A stretch of 64,000 nucleotides of DNA. Source: Octopus sinensis. Taxonomy: Eukaryota. The first letter of the stretch is position 1. Every line of letters starts with the position of its first letter. Positions 36,712-49,800 of the stretch are shown one piece after another. Made by a program: the position numbers and the translations under genes. Location: the NCBI RefSeq assembly GCF_006345805.1, contig NC_043021.1, positions 17,980,001 to 18,044,000 of the forward strand. The letters run 5' to 3'. The notes under the pieces were generated by a model. The model was not told the DNA's origin, ran no database searches, and was given only the letters and a program-made list of their open reading frames with translations.

Positions 36712-37941
36712 TCAGGTCATTAAGAATTAAATGTCTGATTTTGAACTGAAATTTTATTTTTATCTCAACAAAAAGCAATGTAGTTAATCAAAGTATATAC
36801 TTAAATTATCAACACAATTTTGCCATTTTATCAGTAGCTTATTTATGCCGGCAGCAAAGAATTCTGGAGAGCAAGAGGTGATGAAATCACGAAAGGCTGT
36901 TTTTGCATCTTCTTCGAATTTGAAACTTTTTCCTTGCAAAAAGTTGTCTAATGCCTGGAAAACATGATAGCCAATTGGTGTAAGGTCTGGTGAATATAGT
37001 GGATGACAGAGTACTTCCAAGTTCAATTCCTCTAACTTGAGTAGCGTTCTTTGTGCAACATGTAGTTGAGCATTGTCTTGCAAGAGAATTGGTCTGTCTC
37101 TATTGACCAATCTTGGTTGTTTAATTGCAAGTTCACCCATCATTTCATCCAGTTGGTTGATGTATACATCTGCTGTAATTGACTTACAGGTCTCCTGAAG
37201 CTGCAGTGGATGACACCAGTGCTGGACCACCAAACAGGCACCATTAGCTTTCTTGGGTGTATATTCTTTTTTGGATTGTGTTTTGGCACTTTGTCTCTAT
37301 CCAACCACCACACAGAATGCTGGCTATTGTTGAAAAGAATCCATTTTTTATCACATGTAACAATACAATGCAAAGAACAGCAAGTTTCAAGATAATGTGT
37401 CATTTGATGCTTATTCAGTTCATGTAGTACCCACTTGCCCAGCTTCTTTACCTTGTTGATTTGTTTTAGATGGTACAATACAGTTGGAATCAAAACATCA
37501 AACCTTATGACCTGCGTAGTTTGAGATGTATCCGCTTCCACTACAGTTTTCAGCTCATCATCATTCACCTTGGTCTCAGGTCTACCACGGGACTGATTTT
37601 CGAGATCAGAACTTCTTAAACCATTGATGTTCAGTGCACTCATTTGCCACATCATCACCAAATACCTCATTGATGTTTAGAGCTGTCTGGGATGCATTGG
37701 TTCCACGATGGAACTCATATTCATAAGCTACACGAATTTTTTATCTATCCATGGGCTCACAAAAATTGATTTACAAGAGAAAACTCACAATATAATCAGA
37801 CACCATTAATTGCAATTCGCAAAGTGACAATGCAACTCTTCAATGTTGTTAAACAAAGAATTGTCAGGATAAAACATTAGAGTTGATGACTGTCAAATTT
37901 GGTGCATAAGAAAATCAGACATTTCATTCTTAATGACCTGA
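36712..37941 (-). mobile_element. Full-length decayed mariner (Tc1/mariner) transposon
   Basis: 31-bp TIRs tcaggtcattaagaat(t/g)aaatgtctgatttt (30/31 match); TA at 37942-37943; inserted in a (TA)n tract. Confidence 0.93.
36784..37752 (-). pseudogene. Mariner transposase pseudogene
   Basis: YEYEFHRGTNASQTALNINEVFG (HTH region), SRGRP, WVLHEL (WVPHEL), VTCDKKW, LQDNAQLHV and HPLYSPDLTPIGYHVF (YSPDL; third catalytic D replaced); frameshifted. Confidence 0.92.
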
Positions 37942-37982
37942 TAAATATGTGTGTGTGTGTGTATATATATATTTTATATTAT

Positions 37983-38260
37983 ATGGCCCAGTGGTTAGGG
38001 CAGCAGACTCGTGGTCGTAGGATCGCGGTTTTGATTGCCAGACCGGGCGTTGTGAGTGTTTATTGAGTAAAAGCTCCACGAGGCTCCGGCAGAGGGTGTT
38101 AACCCCTGCTGTACTCTTTCACCACTCTTTCTCCCACTCTTTCTTCTGTTGGCCTGCTCGCTTAGCCAGCGGAGTGGCGTCATTCGAAGGCTAAAACAAT
38201 GTGAATGCATTGTGACCAGCGATGTGTAACAACATCTGATGGTCTGGTCGGTCACGTGAT
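37983..38260 (+). mobile_element. SINE-D2: family D head plus RTE-derived tail
   Basis: Head matches the reverse complement of about 60060-60250; tail matches the LINE end at 28698-28759. Confidence 0.88.
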
Positions 38261-38264
38261 TACA

Positions 38265-38329
<65 letters not shown>

Positions 38330-38767
38330 CACACACTTGTTTCAGTCATTTGACTGCATCCATATTAGACCACCACCTTTAATGTATATTTTAACATCCA
38401 CTCTTCCATACTTGTATAAATTGAATGGAATTTGTCAAGGTGCAGTTTCTACAGCAGGATGCCCCTCCTGTCACCAATCCTCATCTGTTTCCCAGCAAGG
38501 TAATATTCCTCCACAACCACACATTGGGTTTTGGAAGAGTGGAAACAAAAGACATTGCTGGTAAGATGGTGATACTCTATTACAACTATCAGGCAATGTC
38601 AATACAAGGCGACAGTAGCTCAATATACGGACAGACATATGATGGCTGTTGACTCATTAAATGAATATGACCACGGTCAACTAAATAAAGTGTATCATAG
38701 CATTACATGTGGGCACAACAATGATTCTTGAATCCTGTCAGTGATTCACAGGACTTATCGCAGATTT

Positions 38768-39126
38768 CATCATCATCATCATCATCATCATTTAGCGTTC
38801 GCTTTCCATGCTAGCATGGGTTGGACGGTTCAACTGGGGTCTGTGAAGCCAGAAGGCTGCATCAGGCCCAGTCTGATCTGGCAGTGTTTCTACGGCTGGA
38901 TGCCCTTCCTAATGCCAACCACTCCGTGAGTGTAGTAGGTGCTTTTTACATGCCACCCGCACAGGTGCCAGACGGAGCTGGCAAACGGCCACGGACGGAT
39001 GGTGCTTTTTACGTGTCACCGGCATGGGGGCCAGGCAAGGCTGGCAACGGCCACGAACAGATGGAGCTTTTACGTCCCACCGGCACGGGGGCCAGGCGAG
39101 GCTGGCAACGACCATGAACGGATGGT
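38768..39126 (-). mobile_element. SINE-B
   Basis: Close match to 6967-7248 with an extra internal unit. Confidence 0.9.
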
Positions 39127-39451
39127 TTTAAATCCGGGTTTTGTCTCTGTTAACGGGGGTGGCCAGATCTGCCTCAGTGCCATACCTGTTGTTCTGAATC
39201 ATTCAGATGATTTTCTCTGTACACACTGAGCAATTTATATATGTTTCTTGGCAGACAATGCATGTGAGGTTGGCCCCAGCAAGAAAGTTGTAGTTTGTAA
39301 CATGTCTTTCTGCATGGCTTCTTAGATCACAATGTGGATTCCTTCACATTGACATCTGACATCCACATTCACATCTGGGTGATTATAATGTAATGAAAGT
39401 ATAATTCTAGCAAAGGAAGTACAGTAAAGTCTCAATTTAACGGACTCTGAT

Positions 39452-39681
39452 TTAATCCTTTAGTGTTCACATTATTCTGCCAAAACTAATGCTTTTTTGT
39501 CCACATTGTTTTGAACTAATCATGCATTATCTTGAGGCTATGAGATTTTGATGGAGGTAGCTGTTAATTTTTAAAACGATATTGTAGGGTTGGTGTGAGA
39601 GACCAGATCTGGCCATTTTGAACATAGAACAGGCAGAATACTTTTGGCCGGATATGGCCGGTTTAATTGCTAAAGGGTTAA
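39452..39681. mobile_element. TTAA piggyBac-like MITE family G, inserted into a Tigger-like left end (39422-39710)
   Basis: ttaa-tcctttag ... ctaaaggg-ttaa; near-identical to 60888-61116; flanks rejoin as cagtaaagtctcaatttaacggactctgat|ttaa|tggcttttggatttaatggac. Confidence 0.85.
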
Positions 39682-40553
39682 TGGCTTTTGGATTTAATGG
39701 ACTGAACTGTGATAAATAAAACAATACTGTGTTACCACTGAGTAAAATATTCTTCAATCTCACTGCTAAAAAGGGAATTAAAAATTATACTTTATTATAA
39801 TTTTTCTATTTTTTTATATCAAAAACAGTAAAATATGATTCCTAGGCTACCTTCAATTTAAAAGACTTTTAGCAGACATTAAGAGACACACCTCTTTCCT
39901 CCCCCTATATCAGCCCATTGAATCAAGGGTTTACTGTTTATCAAAATAAGTAATTTCATTTCTAGTACACCCTTCTCCTCCCTCTCTCTTGCCCTCTCTT
40001 CCCCCTCCCTCCACTACAAAAATGTCAGGAGGAATTGAATTCAAATTATTGTTGAAGGTCAAGGTCAAAGTATGACAGACAGAAGGACACACACACACAC
40101 ACACACACACACTATATGAAATACGTTTTTGTGGTTTTAACATTAATGGTGTGGTTGCATTAATTTAAACTTTTTATTTGTGACAACTTATGTTTTGCAT
40201 TTTTTAGCTGTTATATATAAAACCTGATTCAAATTAATGGGGATGGTTAGCACTGCAGTGTTTATAATAATCTCATTTGTGTAACCGGGCTAATTTATGA
40301 GAAAAATAATAATAATAAAGTTCAATTATTGTTTGATGAATTTAATGCATTGAAATAGAGAGAAATGGAATGCCAAGTGTATTAATTGGTGTCTGACAAT
40401 AATGAAATAAGTCTGCTCTTTTACTGTTGCCATCAATTTGATTATTGTAATTTATTTAATTTGAAGTATAGCAGAATGTATTTGGAGTATTTGATCAACC
40501 TTTAAACTCCCGGTTCATAAAAGTCAACAGCTGCAAGGTACTATATCAATAAT

Positions 40554-41175
40554 TATACTTCAGCATTTAAACCAGCCATATCTGGACAAAATATTCCACT
40601 TGTTAAATGCTCAAACAGGCCATATTTGGTCTCTTACACCTACCCTGCAATATCATACTAAAAGTAAACATAGGCGCAGGAGTGGCTGTGTGGTAAGTAG
40701 CTTGTTTACCAACCACATAGTTCCGGGTTCAGTCCCACTGCGTGGCACCTTGGGCAAGTGTCTTCTACTATAGCCTCGGGCCGACCAAAGCTTTGTGAGT
40801 GGATTTGGTAGACGGAAACTGAAAGAAGCCCGTTGTATATATGTATATATATATATGTGTGCGTGTATGTTTGTGTTTGTCCCCCTAGCATTGCTTGACA
40901 ACTGATGCTGGTGTGTTTATGTCCCCGTCACTTAGCGGTTTGGCAAAAGAGACCGATAGAATAAGTACTGGGCTTACAAAAGAATAAGTCCCAGGGTCGA
41001 GTTGCTCGATTAAAGGCGGTGCTCCAGCATGGCCGCAGTCAAATGCCTGAAAGAAGTAAAAGAGTAATCATGCCATTGAAATCTCAAGACTACAAGTTAA
41101 TGTAGGATTAATTTAAGAGAATGTCAATAAATAAGCATTACATTTAAGAGAATAATATGAATGCTAAAGGGTTAA
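40554..41175. mobile_element. MITE-G in opposite orientation, split by SINE-A
   Basis: cagcatttaaaccagccatatctgg.. resumes at about 41066 (aatcatgccattgaaatctc..gctaaagggttaa). Confidence 0.75.
40673..41065 (+). mobile_element. SINE-A
   Basis: Near-identical to 21163-21557; TSD-like agtaa(a/t)cat. Confidence 0.92.
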
Positions 41176-41232
41176 TAGTGGTGCTACAGTAATAGTTATA
41201 TTAATGGTGGTGCTGTAGTAATAGTTATACTA

Positions 41233-41448
41233 TGAGGGGTGTTGAAAAGTTCCTGGCTTTCGGTAAAAGAATATACAGGAGGATCCGTTAATGATGATTT
41301 TATTCAACATATTTTCCTCTCAAATTCACACACTTATTGCAGTGGTCCTTCAGTTCTTCTAAGCCCTGTATAAGATCTCAGAAGGTTGGGCCTCCAACCA
41401 GGCCTTTCATGATACCCTTAAAGCCAGGAGCTTTTCAGTACCGCCTCA
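41233..41448. mobile_element. Mariner-derived MITE with Hsmar2/irritans-like TIR
   Basis: TA|tgaggggtgttgaaaagttcctggcttt ... aaagccaggagcttttcagtaccgcctca|TA. Confidence 0.8.
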
Positions 41449-41587
41449 TATATTAATATATATTAATAGTACTATAGTAATAGTTGTACTGTTAATAGTG
41501 GTGCTATAGTAATTAGTAGAGCATGTGCTAAATCATCAAATTGGAATTGTTAGCTTATAGTCCTGCTGTGTAGGGCCTCTGTGGATA

Positions 41588-41917
41588 AAGACCTCCTTCG
41601 GTCATGAATGACAATGGGATTGCACCCAGAAAGATTTCTGAGGCATAAGTGTCTGGACAAAGTTGTTTATGGAAGACCAGCAGTCACTCGTGCATACCAG
41701 TCTCCCCTCTCCACACCACTGATCTTATCCAAGGGAAAGGGCAAGGGGTCCAATACAACTTGTGGCACTAGTGATGTTGTAGCTCATTTCTACAGCTGAG
41801 TGAACTGGAGCAACGCAAACTAAAGTGTCCTTCTCAAGAACACAGCACACAGCCCGGTCTGGGAATTGAACTCACTACCTCATGATTGTGAGCCCTATGC
41901 TGTAACCACTGAGCCAT
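41588..41917 (-). mobile_element. SINE-F
   Basis: Aligns along its length to about 4675-5000. Confidence 0.85.
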
Positions 41918-42220
41918 TTATCAGTTTCTTTTGCTGAACAAAGTCATGGAGATGTAAACAAACCAATACTGGTTGTCAAACTGTGATGTAGTATAAATAC
42001 AATGATGCACACACAACACACACACACCACACACACACACACACCACACACACACACACTATGGCTTCCCACACAGTTTCCGTCTACCAAATTCATTAAT
42101 AAGGCACTGGTTGGCCCTGAGCTCTAGTAGAAGACAGTCACCCAGGGTTCCATACAGTGGGACTGAACCTGAAACGATGTAGTTGCAAAATGAGCTTCTT
42201 AGCCACACAGCCATACCTGC
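41918..42220 (-). mobile_element. Degenerate SINE-A
   Basis: cttttgctgaac..cagtttccgtctaccaaatt..gtgggactgaacc..ccacacagcca. Confidence 0.75.
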
Positions 42221-42757
42221 TTACTAGATCTCATGGAAGAAGTAGTTGTCAAGGAGTTATTGAACTGCAATGGCAGAATCTGAAATAGATGTACACTCAT
42301 AAAAAAAAAAATCTTGAAGTAGGAAGTTGTTATTCTTCTATGTGTGTGTGTGTGTGTGTGGTGAGAGAGAGTGTGTGCCAAGTAAAGTAAAGGTTATATA
42401 CACCATAACCTTGTCCTATATTTCCTGTATGGAAAAACTGTACCAATTCTGCATTTCTATATCTGTTTCAACATTTAAAGAAATAGACTGAGAAAACAAC
42501 ATTTTAGTTCTTGTAGCCAATTTTCCTCCCATATGGGATCACTACTCCTTAATTATGTGTAACTTGATACTAAATAATGGAGTCCTATTTTCAAACTGGA
42601 TATTCTCATCCTTAAATAAACTGACTTGAAATAAATATCACTGAAAAGAAAGAGATAATTTATGTCAGAATCAAATGATTATTTGTATTTTTTCCTGTTA
42701 TTTTTGTTTTGATTTTTGTGTTGTAGAAACTTATTGTGTGTCCATTAAATCAAAACA

Positions 42758-43312
42758 TGTTATTTAACCCTAGGTTGGTCGTAACTGGCTGGTTTTATGA
42801 ATTAGTCATTCCAGCCATAATCATCATTTAACCTTTTTGTGTATTTTGAACTATATTATACAATGGGTCCTTCCTTTTTTAAGATGGTCGAGTGTGATTT
42901 GAAGTGATTTGGTTGCAGTTTCTAGCAGGGTGAACTTGAATAAACATACCTGTCTCAGAACACTGTGTACTCCTATCACACATTCCTTTCATAACTATCA
43001 TTCATTCCTTTATCACTCATGCTTCTCACTCTGTAAAGAGGCTGGTGAGCAAATAGATGTGAGGTTGTCAAGGACATGGCTATCTCTCTAGTGACGGTGC
43101 CATGAGATAAAGTAACCATTACACCCAGAAAGTGGTTTGTGTTAGGAAGGGCATTCAGCTGTGGCAGCCAATCAAAAATGAAATCCATGTAATAAGTGCC
43201 TCCACCTGTTCATCTAGGTGAATAAGTACCTTTCATTATGTGCTGACTCTGACCACAATGACCCAGCCAACACATGCTAGCATGGAAAGCAGATGCAAAA
43301 TGATGACAACAA
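42758..43312. repeat. Family E copy (-, 42758-42945) and old SINE-B (+, 43090-43312)
   Basis: gtgtgatttgaagtgatttggttgcagtttctagcagg; gttaggaagggcattcagctg..ccaacacatgctagcatggaaa. Confidence 0.6.
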
Positions 43313-44029
43313 TAATTTAAATAGAAGCACTTAAAGTGTGGATGCTCTAAGGTTGGTTGGTAATGTTATATTTGATTGACATAATCGGCACTTCTTTTGT
43401 TTAAAAAATACCTTCTAGCTCAAAATAATTCTCTCCCACAGAAACCTGTCACATATCTATTCAATGGAAATTACCATCAGGTACTGATGCGTCACCAAAG
43501 AATATTGCTTAAGATTTGCTTGTATCATATTTCTAGCTGTTATGCCTGTTAATGTCTCTAGGCCCTCCATCAACATCTGTTAAACCTTGTAGAGCTAAAT
43601 AATAATTTTTTTCTGCTGTAATATCTAGACACAGCCAAAGAAGATATCATTTCAAGCATCTTTTCTAACTCATTTTGTGTAATCTTTCCATGCCAAAACT
43701 TAACCCTTGCTGAATGGGAACCAGGTATACTTGGCTCTGCACATGTGCACTTGAGATACAGGAATATGAGTTAGCTCATTCTTAATAAAGAGGCACCTTC
43801 TGAAATTCTCTGCATTTCATATTACATAGTATATACATTTTCTTTTCACTGGCCAATAGAAAGGGTGTTGCGAGAACTGATTTGCATATGATTAAAGTTT
43901 TTACATCACACAAAAATTTCATTACCAAAGAGAAGCTCTAATGTTTATATAGCTTAATATATTGGAAAAGTATTAAAGTACCTGAAATATTTTAGAGTAT
44001 TTGTTTCTGACTTTATACAATCTAAATTT

Positions 44030-44415
44030 GGATCTTTTGGTTTGAACGGCAGTTTTTTCTAGCGGTGTCATGAAATTCTCACCCATAATTATGACCCTAG
44101 TATCGATCTATTGCATTTCAATCTATTTTATTATTAGTTGGGGTTAGGGTATCTTTTTTTCTTCACAAATGTAAATAAACCCAATCTGTTTCTTAAACGA
44201 GGGACATGTTGTTTACCTCAATGGACGTCAGTGATTGGTTGAAATTGCAGAAATTGAAGAAAAAAACAACAAATATCTTACAAACTATAGAATTTTCTCG
44301 ATAAAGCCAAGAGAAAAAGATGTTTTATAAACACATTCTACCAGTATGCGAAGTTTAACATTTTTTAGTTACCTAGAAATTATGTTAGAAACTGCCGTTC
44401 AAACCGAAAAGATCC
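44030..44415. mobile_element. TIR MITE with 8-bp TSD, superfamily unassigned
   Basis: TIRs ggatcttttggtttgaacggcagttt / aaactgccgttcaaaccgaaaagatcc; flanks ctaaattt and cttaattt (7/8); splits an old SINE-C. Confidence 0.82.
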
Positions 44416-44606
44416 CTTAATTTAAATCCTGCCTGGTTCACTTTGCTCTTTCATCGTTTTTAGAATGATATAAGAAGTACTTGGGGCTCAGTGTAATTAG
44501 CTATGTAAATTCTGGGAAGTAATTCCCCAGCCTGGCTACATTACTGTGACTGGCACCAGTAAAAGAATAAAAGACTGAAATTTGTTGAAATAAACTTAAC
44601 AGGAGT

Positions 44607-45022
44607 GGTGCAGGAGTGGCTGTGTGGTAAGTAGCTTGCTAACCAACCACATGGTTCCGGGTTCAGTCCCACTGCGTGGCATCTTGGGCAAGTGTCTTCT
44701 GCTATAGCCCCGGGCCGACCAATGCCTTGTGAGTGGATTTGGTAGACGGAAACTGAAAGAAGCCTGTCGTATATATGTATATATATGTGTGTGTATATGT
44801 GTTTGTATGTCTGTGTTTGTCCCCCTAGCATTGCTTGACAACCGATGCTGGTGTGTTTACGTCCCCGTCACTTAGCGGTTCGGCAAAAGAGACCGATAGA
44901 ATAAGTACTGGGCTTACAAAGAATAAGTCCTGGGGTCGATTTGCTCGACTAAAGGCGGTGCTCCAGCATGGCCACAGTCAAATGACTGAAACAAGTAAAA
45001 GAGTAAAAAGAGTAAAAGAGTA
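44607..45022 (+). mobile_element. SINE-A
   Basis: Near-identical to other A copies; three gtaaaaga tail repeats. Confidence 0.92.
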
Positions 45023-46066
45023 ATATGTTTAATTTGCTTCATATGTCAGCTAACACTTCTCTCTCATAATGTCTTCATTTTCTGGCTGAAAATGTTTTGT
45101 TTTTACTCTAGCAATGTATGACCTGAAGGAGGTTAGAAAAATGTCTGAATAATGGAAGAGCTGGTAGAAATTAATTGATATCACTGCTAAGAGCAAAACA
45201 TCAGTAAATTCAAACATAGCTCAAGGCCACAAATGTTGTGGTGGGGATTGACGCTAGTACATAACTATTTCTGGAAGGACAAATGGTAACGCCAGTCTGT
45301 GGGATGTTTCCTCAGACACTAAAGAAATTTGTAAGTTAATACTACAAGGTATTTTGTCTGCAGGTTTACTGATTGTGCTAGTAAGTAATTTAGTAGATAA
45401 ACCTGGGTTTGATTCTCAGTTATTGCTTTTTAAACTCTTTATATATCTGGCACCTTTATAAAACATGAACATTACAATTATCATTTTTCATTTCCTGAGA
45501 ACTTAATAAAGCTGATCGCATGAAAGATCAAGCAATTGACTATTTATTGCACTAATACTTGACCCATATATTTATCCCTTCTTAATTAAAATGTCTGAAA
45601 CTGTTTAACTGATTAAGTATGTAAATATGATTAGGGAAAAAAGTTACTGAATTATCTAAGTGTTTGACATGAGTTGTCATTAATCAAGTTATTTTAGAAA
45701 GGAAGAAACGGAAGGCATGTGGACTTTGTAAACCCTAACAAATCTACTCTGTCTAGGGGAACAGTAGATCTGAATAAATTGATATGGATTGAAGAGGACT
45801 CCAGATTTGCCCTAGTGCTGGTGTCATGATGAACAACATCCGATGCATGCTATAAAGCAGTTGGTGATAAGAAGGATATCCAACCCTAAAACAATGCCTG
45901 CCTCTGTCAAAAAGCCAAAATGATTTACTTACACAACCACAAAGATTGGCAGTTTTTCTCAAGAACTGTGACAGGAGGAGAGATGCTGAGATCTGTCCAA
46001 CCCATGCCTACATGTAATAACAGACATAAACTAATTCTTGAACTATATGTAAATACATAAATCAGA

Positions 46067-46610
46067 AATAAGACGGTGGATAGTACTAGGCAGAGAGGCA
46101 ATGGTCAGCATGAGCAGGGTCTGGAAGAGTAGAGACATCAGACTCGCTACCAAATGCAGATTGGTGAATGCAATTGTCTTCCCAATAGCAACATATGGAT
46201 GTGAGACCTGGACACTAAAGAAAGCTGACCAAAAGCGAATTAATGCATTCGAGCTTTGGTGTTGGAGAAGACTTTTACGGATTCCATGGACAGTGAGGCT
46301 CACCAATGGAGAAGTTCTTAAGCAGATCAGGCCGAAAATGTCGCTAGAAGCTAGGATCACCAAGCATAGATTGGCATATTTCGGTCATATTATGCGGAGA
46401 AAATCCCTGGAGAAGGACATCATGCTCGGAATGGTCAGTGGCAAGAGAGGAAGAGGCCGACCAAGAACCTGCTGGCTTGACACCATCAAGAGTGATACTG
46501 GAATGGACATAGCCAGTCTGAAAGAAGCGGCCCAGGATAGAACTGACTGGAGGACACTGATCCAACGAGTGACTGAGAGTCAACTTTGACTGAGCGGTTA
46601 GAAGAAGAAG
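46067..46610 (+). mobile_element. 5'-truncated RTE (BovB-like) LINE, young
   Basis: Uninterrupted C-terminal frame EIRRWIVLGREAM..TKCRLVNAIVFPIATYGCETWTL..INAFELWCWRRLLRIPW..YFGHIMR..GKRGRGRPRTCWLD..AQDRTDWR; (GAA)n tail; candidate TSD aaatcaga (46059-46066 / 46611-46618). Confidence 0.92.
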
Positions 46611-47023
46611 AAATCAGATGTAAAATGATGATGATATGTCTTAGTCTGTATATTGACAGTCTTTAGAGCATTGGATCAAACATTTCATGGTATTTGCTCC
46701 AACTTCCTTAACTCTGAGTTAAAATCCTGTTGAGGTCAATTTTTCCTTGGCAGAAGAGGGTTGGGCAAGATGCTTAGTGGTGTCTGCTCTGGTTCTTATA
46801 GCAGCACCTATGATGACAGTGATGCCAAGCTGCCTCAACTCAAATCATTGGCTTTTTTCTTGGATAAAGTTGTGGGAAAGGGAGACTTGCATGCATGTAA
46901 GGGCCACTGCCAGTCTTACTCAAATAGATAATTAAAAACAAGAAATTTAGCCCGGGTATGCCGATGTATGGCCAACCTTGAGTAATGGAGGCCCTATTTT
47001 ACATATATTGAGTCACAGGGCCC

Positions 47024-47059
<36 letters not shown>

Positions 47060-47309
47060 AGTCACAAGTGACTAAGTTATTGTTGTGAGACAATTGACCT
47101 AGAGGTACATGGTTTCAATCTTGTTAACAGTGCTGTACTATGCCCATGGTCAAGGCATTTAACTTTCAGGTGGTTCACAAGTATAAGCAGCAGGAACCGC
47201 TTAAGTAATGATTATACAAGTAGTGATGCAAACTAACGTAGTTCTATAATGTACAGAGTCAACATTGCTGTTCATAACGTTTGGAGAGGAATAGTCAACA
47301 TAACTGTTG

Positions 47310-47672
47310 ATGCCTTTCATCCTTTCGGGGTCAATTAAATAAGTACCAGTTACGCACTGGGGTCGATATAATTGACTTAATCCGTTTGTCTGTCCTTGTT
47401 TGTCCTCTCTGTGTTTAGCCCTGTGTGGGTAGTAAAGAAATTCATAATTATTATTGTTTAGAGATGGATAGAGCCTACATGTTGTTGGTATAATATCTGG
47501 GCAAAATGCTTAGTGGTATTTTGTCTAAGTTCAAATTCCGCCGAGGTCGACTTTGCCTTTCATCCTTTCGGGGTTGATAAATTAAGTACCAGTTGTGTAC
47601 TAGGGTCAATCTAATCGACTGCCCCCCCTCCCCCAAAATTTCGCGCCTTATGCCTAGAGTAGGAAAGAATAT
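47310..47672 (+). mobile_element. SINE-C 3' half (C1 tail, 47310-47442) and SINE-C with C2 tail (47497-47672)
   Basis: gcctttcatcctttcggggt core in both; different tails. Confidence 0.85.
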
Positions 47673-47754
47673 TTGTTGTTGTTTAGAGATGTGTGAAGCT
47701 GATATGCTGTTGGTATAGTTGTTGTAAGAGAGATATTACACTGACATGCTATAC

Positions 47755-47942
47755 TGCCCAATGTCAGTCCTGATCAAGCAAAAACCCCTGATCAAGTCTT
47801 TCAGCTCTGACCATCCTTTTCAGAACTGCATATCTAGAACTAAATTTTTAATGTGATCTTTTTTAAGACAGTAGTGTAAGATTTGATGTGGATTTGGCTA
47901 CTGTTTCTGGCAGGTTGAACAACAATGTGGTGGCTCCTTCAT
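47755..47942 (-). repeat. Repeat family E copy
   Basis: gtcagtcctgatcaagca..tgaccatcc..gatttggctactgtttctggcagg. Confidence 0.65.
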
Positions 47943-49537
47943 TGTTTGCTGTTGACATAGTAGTAGTATTACACGAAAGGTGAAGTATCCAGCTAATCTA
48001 TCCTTCCATGCAAGTGCTACAATTACATCTGAAATGTACTATTACAGGACTCACACACAGTTTCTTTTCGAGTAAAAACATATGATACAGCTTAAGAGAA
48101 ATTAGTCAGGGTTTTTTTTTTCTCATTTAACTTTAATCTTCTATAGAGAAAATTGTTAAGTTAGAACCAAATCTGTTGTAATTATTAATTGATAAAGATC
48201 TGATAACACTGTATCAAATTTTTAATGAAGTCTATGGCTATTTCAGTTAGTCTAATATCCTTATTTCAACTCAGTCAAACTTCAGTTCCTTATTATAATT
48301 AGGGATTTCCACCATAATTGTTTTAAAATCCTCTATATTTACTCTCTCTTAGCTATTAATTTCCTTGTTTTTATATTCCCTAGGCTCTCAAAGAGTATCA
48401 TTTTCTTTTGACATTTTTAAGGGTATGCAGTGCAATTACTGGGAGAGATTTATGAAATTATAGCATCTTCCTGTAATGGAAAGAGTTTTATTGTTTTATG
48501 TGTGTGTGTGTGTTTCACATAGGTAAAGGCATGAAAGGGAGGTTGGCTTAATGTCTAATTTATTTTAATAGAACTCTCTAAGGTGACTTCTCAAATTTAG
48601 TTTATGTCTGAATTAGTGAATGATAAAGAGATTCAGCTGAGGGTATAATTAATAAGTTATAAAAACTATTTCCAGATCCACTTGCCTGGCAGAAGACTAG
48701 TAATGGTGTCACGTTGTAATGTTCATGCCTTACTAAGCTGATTGCAATAAATTTGACTGGGAATCAAAGCCAGGTGGCTCATGGCCGTTCATTTTGAAAG
48801 TGTTATAGTCATTTGAATTTATCCCCAAAAGTGCTGGGTTTGACCTTGGTTGTTGGATTGAAACTCAGGATGAAGGGACATGACCAAACACCACAAGGAA
48901 TTCTATACAATGCTCTTCTGATGAGTTTGATTTTTAGCATAAATATAATAGTCCATTGTTGCATAGGGATGATGACATGTGATTGTGCGATATGGTGACA
49001 TTCAGCAATACAGATGAGGAAACAACTGCTTGAGAATCACTTAACAAAGGAGATAAATAGAATATTATGTTCTTACACAGGCCCAAGGTGTGAGTCACGG
49101 GAAAGAAGCAGGGGAGGAGGGGAATGAGATTGTTACACAATCATAAGTTGGTCACTTGAGACAGTTGAAATATTTCACTTGCAATGTCATCTTTATGTTC
49201 TGGGATTTAAAAACTGCAACAACAACAAGAGCAAAAAAAAAAAAAAAGCATACCTTTTGTCATTGTTTAAATTTGGCAGATGAACTATTATTGTCTCTGT
49301 GAAGTAGTTCCCGGAGAGGAATTAAGATATTGTCAGGAATGTGGTGCATGTGAAATATGATGTAACCGTGTCAATAACAAACCTTCATCAATTTATCATA
49401 GAGGAGATCAGAGTTAATTAGAAGTACCTGGCTTGAAAAAAAGGATTTGTTCAACTAAAATTCTCATGGCAATGCCCCAGCATGGCCGCAATCAAATAAC
49501 TGAAACTGGTATAAAACTATAAGAAAAGCATTAAGGC

Positions 49538-49762
49538 ACTGAGCTGACTGAATGCTGAGCATGTCCAACAAAATGCTTTACAGTATTTCTTCTGGCCTTT
49601 GCATCCTGAGTTCAAGTACTGCCAAGTCAGCTCTTCCTTTCATCTTTTCACAAGTCAATAAAATAAGTACCAGTTGAGTGCTGGGTGGGTGGTGTTGATG
49701 TAATTGACCTCATCCTCCCCTCAAAATTTCTGGTCTTGTGCCAAAATTTTAAACCATTATTA

Positions 49763-49796
<34 letters not shown>

Positions 49797-49800
49797 GATT
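49538..49800 (+). mobile_element. Degenerate SINE-C2 with (ATT)n tail
   Basis: ctgagttcaagt..cctttcatc..aataagtaccag..ccctcaaaattt..cttgtgccaaa. Confidence 0.7.

Noticed and set aside
46101-46589. 162-aa ORF as a host gene or domesticated RT
   Set aside because: It is only the C-terminal end of a 5'-truncated RTE insertion and lacks the RT catalytic core
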